A stretch of 63,228 nucleotides of DNA, filler included, from Basidiobolus meristosporus CBS 931.73 (taxonomy: Eukaryota > Fungi > Basidiobolomycota): NCBI GenBank assembly GCA_002104905.1. It is 3 parts of 3 records of this genome, joined end to end, with 100 filler letters (N's around TTAATTAATTAA, not from the genome) between each part and the next. Parts side by side here need not be neighbours in the genome. Positions count along the whole stretch, not along the records: positions 45,583 to 63,228 come from MCFE01001085.1; 2 more parts are not named here. One strand, given 5' to 3'. Both the position numbers and the translations under genes were made by a program. Of this stretch, positions 59,456-63,228 are shown piece after piece. Below the pieces are notes generated by a model. It was not told the origin of the DNA. It worked only from the letters and a program-made list of their open reading frames with translations, and ran no database searches. Positions within the stretch are counted from its first letter, which is position 1, and every line of letters starts with the position of its first letter.

Positions 59456-61215
59456 AAAAGAAAAGGTAAAGGGAAAATGTCTACCCAAGCCTGAGACAGG
59501 GAGGCATGCAAAAAAAACTGCAGTTCTCACTAATCAACACTGCAAGCCAGGAACAGACTGAATGCCATCATAGCTAAGAAGAATTACCAACAAGAAAACA
59601 GCTGTTTTCACAAGAGTTGGAAGCACAGCCAGTTGAGCTACACTCCAGCAAGGTAGATGAGCTTACTGAAAAAGGAATTTGTCTACCACAGCCTCCACAG
59701 CCTCCATTGTTGACAGAGTGGGAATCCCACTGACAGACAAGGCTGCAACGCCAAGAGCTTGGAAGACTATCACAATGCCTTCAGTGGAGTTTTTGAACAT
59801 TGATACGCACACCAAGAGGTTGCAGCACTTTTTCAAGAGCAGTGCTCAAGAAAACACACTAGAATATTGCAAGGATTTATTGCAAAGACTGGCAGATGAG
59901 AAGCTAGACCTTGCAGTGCCGGCTGAGGACCAGGATGTGTGGGAACCAGTGAATGAACAGTGGCATAAAGCCATTGGGTTCCCGCCAAAGCCTTGGAACC
60001 AGAGTGTTAGAGCAGAAATACTTATTCAGTGGTGGATTTTAATGGAGTTACTTGTTGAGTGTGGGGTTGGGCTTAATGTTAGTGTAGGGAATAGAGACTT
60101 GTATAGGTCAATACAATTGGAAATTGAGGTACAACTGAAGTTTCAACAGAAATAAATCAATTCATACGCATGAAAAGTAAGAGAAACAGTTGAGTCAGGA
60201 AGTAAGGAGTGTGAAAAAGAGGCAATAGCCAATCAATTCACACAAACATAGGAGGCAATGAGTGTCCAGGATCAGAAAGTGAGCAAATTGCAGGGAACCA
60301 ATCCAAAGCCACTTATACATTGTTGTAATGAGAAATTTTGATAAGGTTTTTTTGAAATCTGGGGGGCAATTTTTTTTCAACAGTCTCTGGATGGTGTCCT
60401 GACAAGATCAGTACCTCTGAGTCACAGGACATTAACTTTGTGTTGGCCTTTGGATAGGATCATCTCAATAATTTTTCATAGGGATAGTGTTACATACACA
60501 TGTGTATTTAGTGCCACAGCTTTATTTATAATGCTTACTATGGCAGATCATCATTGAAACTTATATTCATGTAGGTGCAATGTCTCAAATACAAGACTGT
60601 CTCAAGTTCACATGAGTATTGAACAAAAAGTGATATAATAGCATTATGTTGGTGAAGGTCAAACTGTTTGCCCCATGAACAAAACTACTTTGACTCAACA
60701 CTGTAAGAGAAGAGAAAAAAGACCATGTGGCTATTGTGGCAAGCCTCTCATCCATGAAGCATGCAAACAGCATAGGAAGTATTACATGGATCACAACCAG
60801 TGTTTTGCCCCCAAGTCATATTTGACCATTCATTGGTCACTACTGTACCAACATCATCTTGTCAGCCAGTTGATATTTCTATATTGGCACCTGGCCATCT
60901 TTGTCACCTTGGGCAAACTGAATCAGGTGAGTTTGTGATGCCTTTAGGCTCACCTCAGCCTTCTGAATATGGCACACAGAGTGATAGCTCTGACAAAGAT
61001 GGTTCACAAATGGATTTTGAGCCTATCTCCCCTAACAATATTGCCAAGTATGAGCCTGGTCAAATCCCTGTATGCAATGAGACAACACTCCTTGAAACAA
61101 ATGTCAAGGATGCTTTATGGACCCAAGTGAGCCCAGTAATCCATCTACTGGTGAATGATGTAATGTTGTGGCTAGAGAAGTGGTGTGTTGCCACTAATAT
61201 CAGTAATGGGGGCTC

Positions 61216-63228
61216 TGTTGCAATTTAAGAAGTGATTTGGATATAAGGAACTTATCAAGAAATAGTGATAATAGTTGAACTGTTGTTTATTCATAAAGAA
61301 GCTCAGTATTTATACCTTTGTAGAAGTAATACAGCTGCAACACTAAGTAGGGAGGGTTTCTCAATATTCAGGAGCATTCTGTAACAGTTTCAGGGTTAGT
61401 ACATAATGTTTGGTAATAGTGCTAATTTGATCCTGACTATAGGGGAATAATCATAAGATCATATATCTGGAGAAAGTGGCGAAGTAAAGGCAGTAAATGA
61501 GTCCTACAGTGACTAAGACTAGCCTAGAATTGTTAAGTAAATTTTTAGCTGCTGAATGATACCAAATAGTCCAATATTTCAACACTCCCCCTCAACTAAA
61601 TAATTTCTTAATCCCAATTTCTCTCTAAGGATCTCAAACTGTGGCCTAGCTAGTGGTTTTGTTAATATGTCTGCCACCATTTTGTCAGTTGGGCAGTAAA
61701 CCAGCTCTACTAAGTTATTTTCTACAGCTTCCCTCACAAAGTGATGCTGTATATCAATGTGCTTAGTTCTGGCATGATTAGTAGGATTTCTAGCTAATGA
61801 AATACAACTTTGATTATCCTTGTAAATACATGTTGGTTCACCTGAATTAAAACCTAAGTCTTTGAATAATTTTCGTAGCCATATAGCCTCCTTAGTTGCT
61901 TGACATGCAGCCATATATTCGGCTTCAGTTGTAGATAGTACCACAGTTGGTTGTTTCTTGCAATTCCAAGTAATAGCTGCACCAGCATAAAGAAATACAT
62001 AGCCTGTGGTAGAGCGTCTGTCAATCAGATCTCTACCCCAATCTGAATCACTATAACCATCAAATTTTCGCCTATTAGCTGCTCCAGAGTATTCCAGTAC
62101 CATATTTATGGTACCTTGTAGATATCTGAAAATCCGCTTAACTGCTGCAATTTGATCTGATCCATAATTCTGCATGAATTGACTGACTATTCCAACTGCT
62201 ACTGCAATATCTGGACGTGTAGACACCATCAAGTACATTAGGCTACCGACCATTGATTGATAGGGAAAGTTTTGGTCCATATTTGAGCCGTTTTCATCCA
62301 TAACTGGCTGAGATTTGCTTAATTTCAGGTTATTGTCCTTAGGGGTTGCTGCAGGTTTGCAATTTTCCATTTTGAAGCGTCTAAGAATGTCCCTGATGTA
62401 CTTAGACTGATTCAGCACAATTTTCTGCGTAGGTATGTCAAATTTGACCTCAATTCCAAGAAAATAGCTCAATTTTCCAAGATCTTTCATCTCAAACTTG
62501 CTGAAGAGATCTGATTTCGTCTGTTTAAGTGCCTCTTGATCACTTGTAGCCATAATTAGGTCGTCCACATAAAGAACTAGGATGATCACACCCTTTTTGA
62601 GCTGTTTCACATATATACTGTGATCTGCAGTGCTACGAGAGAACCCAATTTCCTCTAGATATGTGTCAATCTTGTTATACCATGCTCTGGGTGCCTGCTT
62701 AAGCCCATACAACGATTTTCTAAGTTTGCACACCTTATGGGGCTTTTTGGATCGGTAAAACCTTCTGGTTGCTCCATATATATAGTTTCTTGCAAATCCC
62801 CATTTAGAAAGGCTGTTTTGACGTCCATTTGGTGTAGATCTAGACTGTGTACAGCTGCCAGGGCTAGAACTGTCCTAATAGAGTTAAACTTGGCAACCGG
62901 AGCAAATGTTTCCTTAAAGTCTAGTCCCTGGATCTGGGAATAGCCTTTAGCTACCAATCTAGCCTTGTACTTATCAACGGCACCATTTGAGGTTATCTTG
63001 ATCTTGATAGACCCATCTACATCCTATTGGCTTTCTCCCATTTTGGTAAATCTACCAGTTCCCACGTTTTTGCCTTGATCAGTGATTGGTACTCCTCCTG
63101 CATGGCTTGTTGCCACTTAGTAGCATCTGGACCTTGCATTGCCTGTTCCAGATTCTGAGGTTCGGCACATAAGCAAGATAAGCCTTCTTCATGATCATTG
63201 GATGTCTGCCACCAGGATCCAGGGGCAT
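61216..63228 (-). mobile_element. Ty1/copia family 2, 3' portion (RT-RNase H, PPT, 3' LTR 61216-61584)
   Basis: ORFs 62655-62957 and 61579-62733 ([27 protein letters not shown]) are separated by one frameshift near 62735. PPT TGAGGGGGAG. The element runs off the window. Confidence 0.93.

Larger units (their letters stand above)
54346..60155 (+). pseudogene. CACTA accessory ORF (MPPKNKAK...), divergent from the transposase and split by the PHIS insertion
   Basis: Fragments at 54346-55029 and 58929-60155 are collinear with the minus-strand relic at 48520-50390. Several stops. Function unknown. Confidence 0.6.
50952..60483 (-). mobile_element. Complete CACTA/EnSpm-type element with CCCTA termini
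   Basis: TIRs CCCTATGAAAGATAATT and CCCTATGAAAAATTATT (reverse complement), 3-bp TSD ATA at 50949-50951 and 60484-60486. About 5.6-5.8 kb once the 55030-58928 insertion is removed. Confidence 0.88.
47305..61215 (+). mobile_element. CACTA/EnSpm-type host element (47305-50951 and 60484-61215), split by an inverted copy of itself
   Basis: Starts CCCTATGAAAAATTATT. Accessory-ORF relic on the minus strand at ~48520-50390. The transposase 5' end resumes at 60675 on the plus strand and is cut by the copia LTR at 61216. Confidence 0.8.

Overview
Eukaryotic DNA, most likely fungal: it has TTAGGG telomere repeats and a short GTATGT..TACTAAC..TAG intron. The lineage cannot be determined from sequence alone. 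The window is three contigs joined by artificial 100-nt spacers (N44-TTAATTAATTAA-N44 at 27410-27509 and 45483-45582), so adjacency across the spacers carries no biological meaning. Contig 1 (1-27409) is a chromosome end. It carries an ~18.5-kb subtelomeric tandem array of small secreted prepropeptide genes: signal peptide, conserved pro-domain, acidic linker, then a 49-aa Gly/Tyr/Arg/Trp core ending in CDWGC. There are 11 copies in two subfamilies (A and B): 5 intact, 2 leaderless chimeras and 4 pseudogenes, plus one probable older relic. Interleaved on the opposite strand is a second secreted-protein family (C) that the ORF track misses: one intact 2-exon gene of 113 aa and six deletion-derived pseudogenes. 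The array also contains an expanding 11-bp VNTR, followed by ~6 kb of nearly CpG-free retroelement debris and the telomere. Contigs 2 and 3 are nested transposon DNA: two Ty1/copia families (one full-length element with TSD and half-tRNAiMet PBS), Ty3/gypsy relics, several solo LTRs, a CACTA/EnSpm-type element with CCCTA termini inserted head-to-head into another copy of itself, a DDE_Tnp_4 (PHIS/IS5-like) family, and a 733-bp foldback derivative of that family. No housekeeping genes, rRNA, tRNA or CRISPR arrays were seen. All counts and identities were made by eye. No database search was possible.
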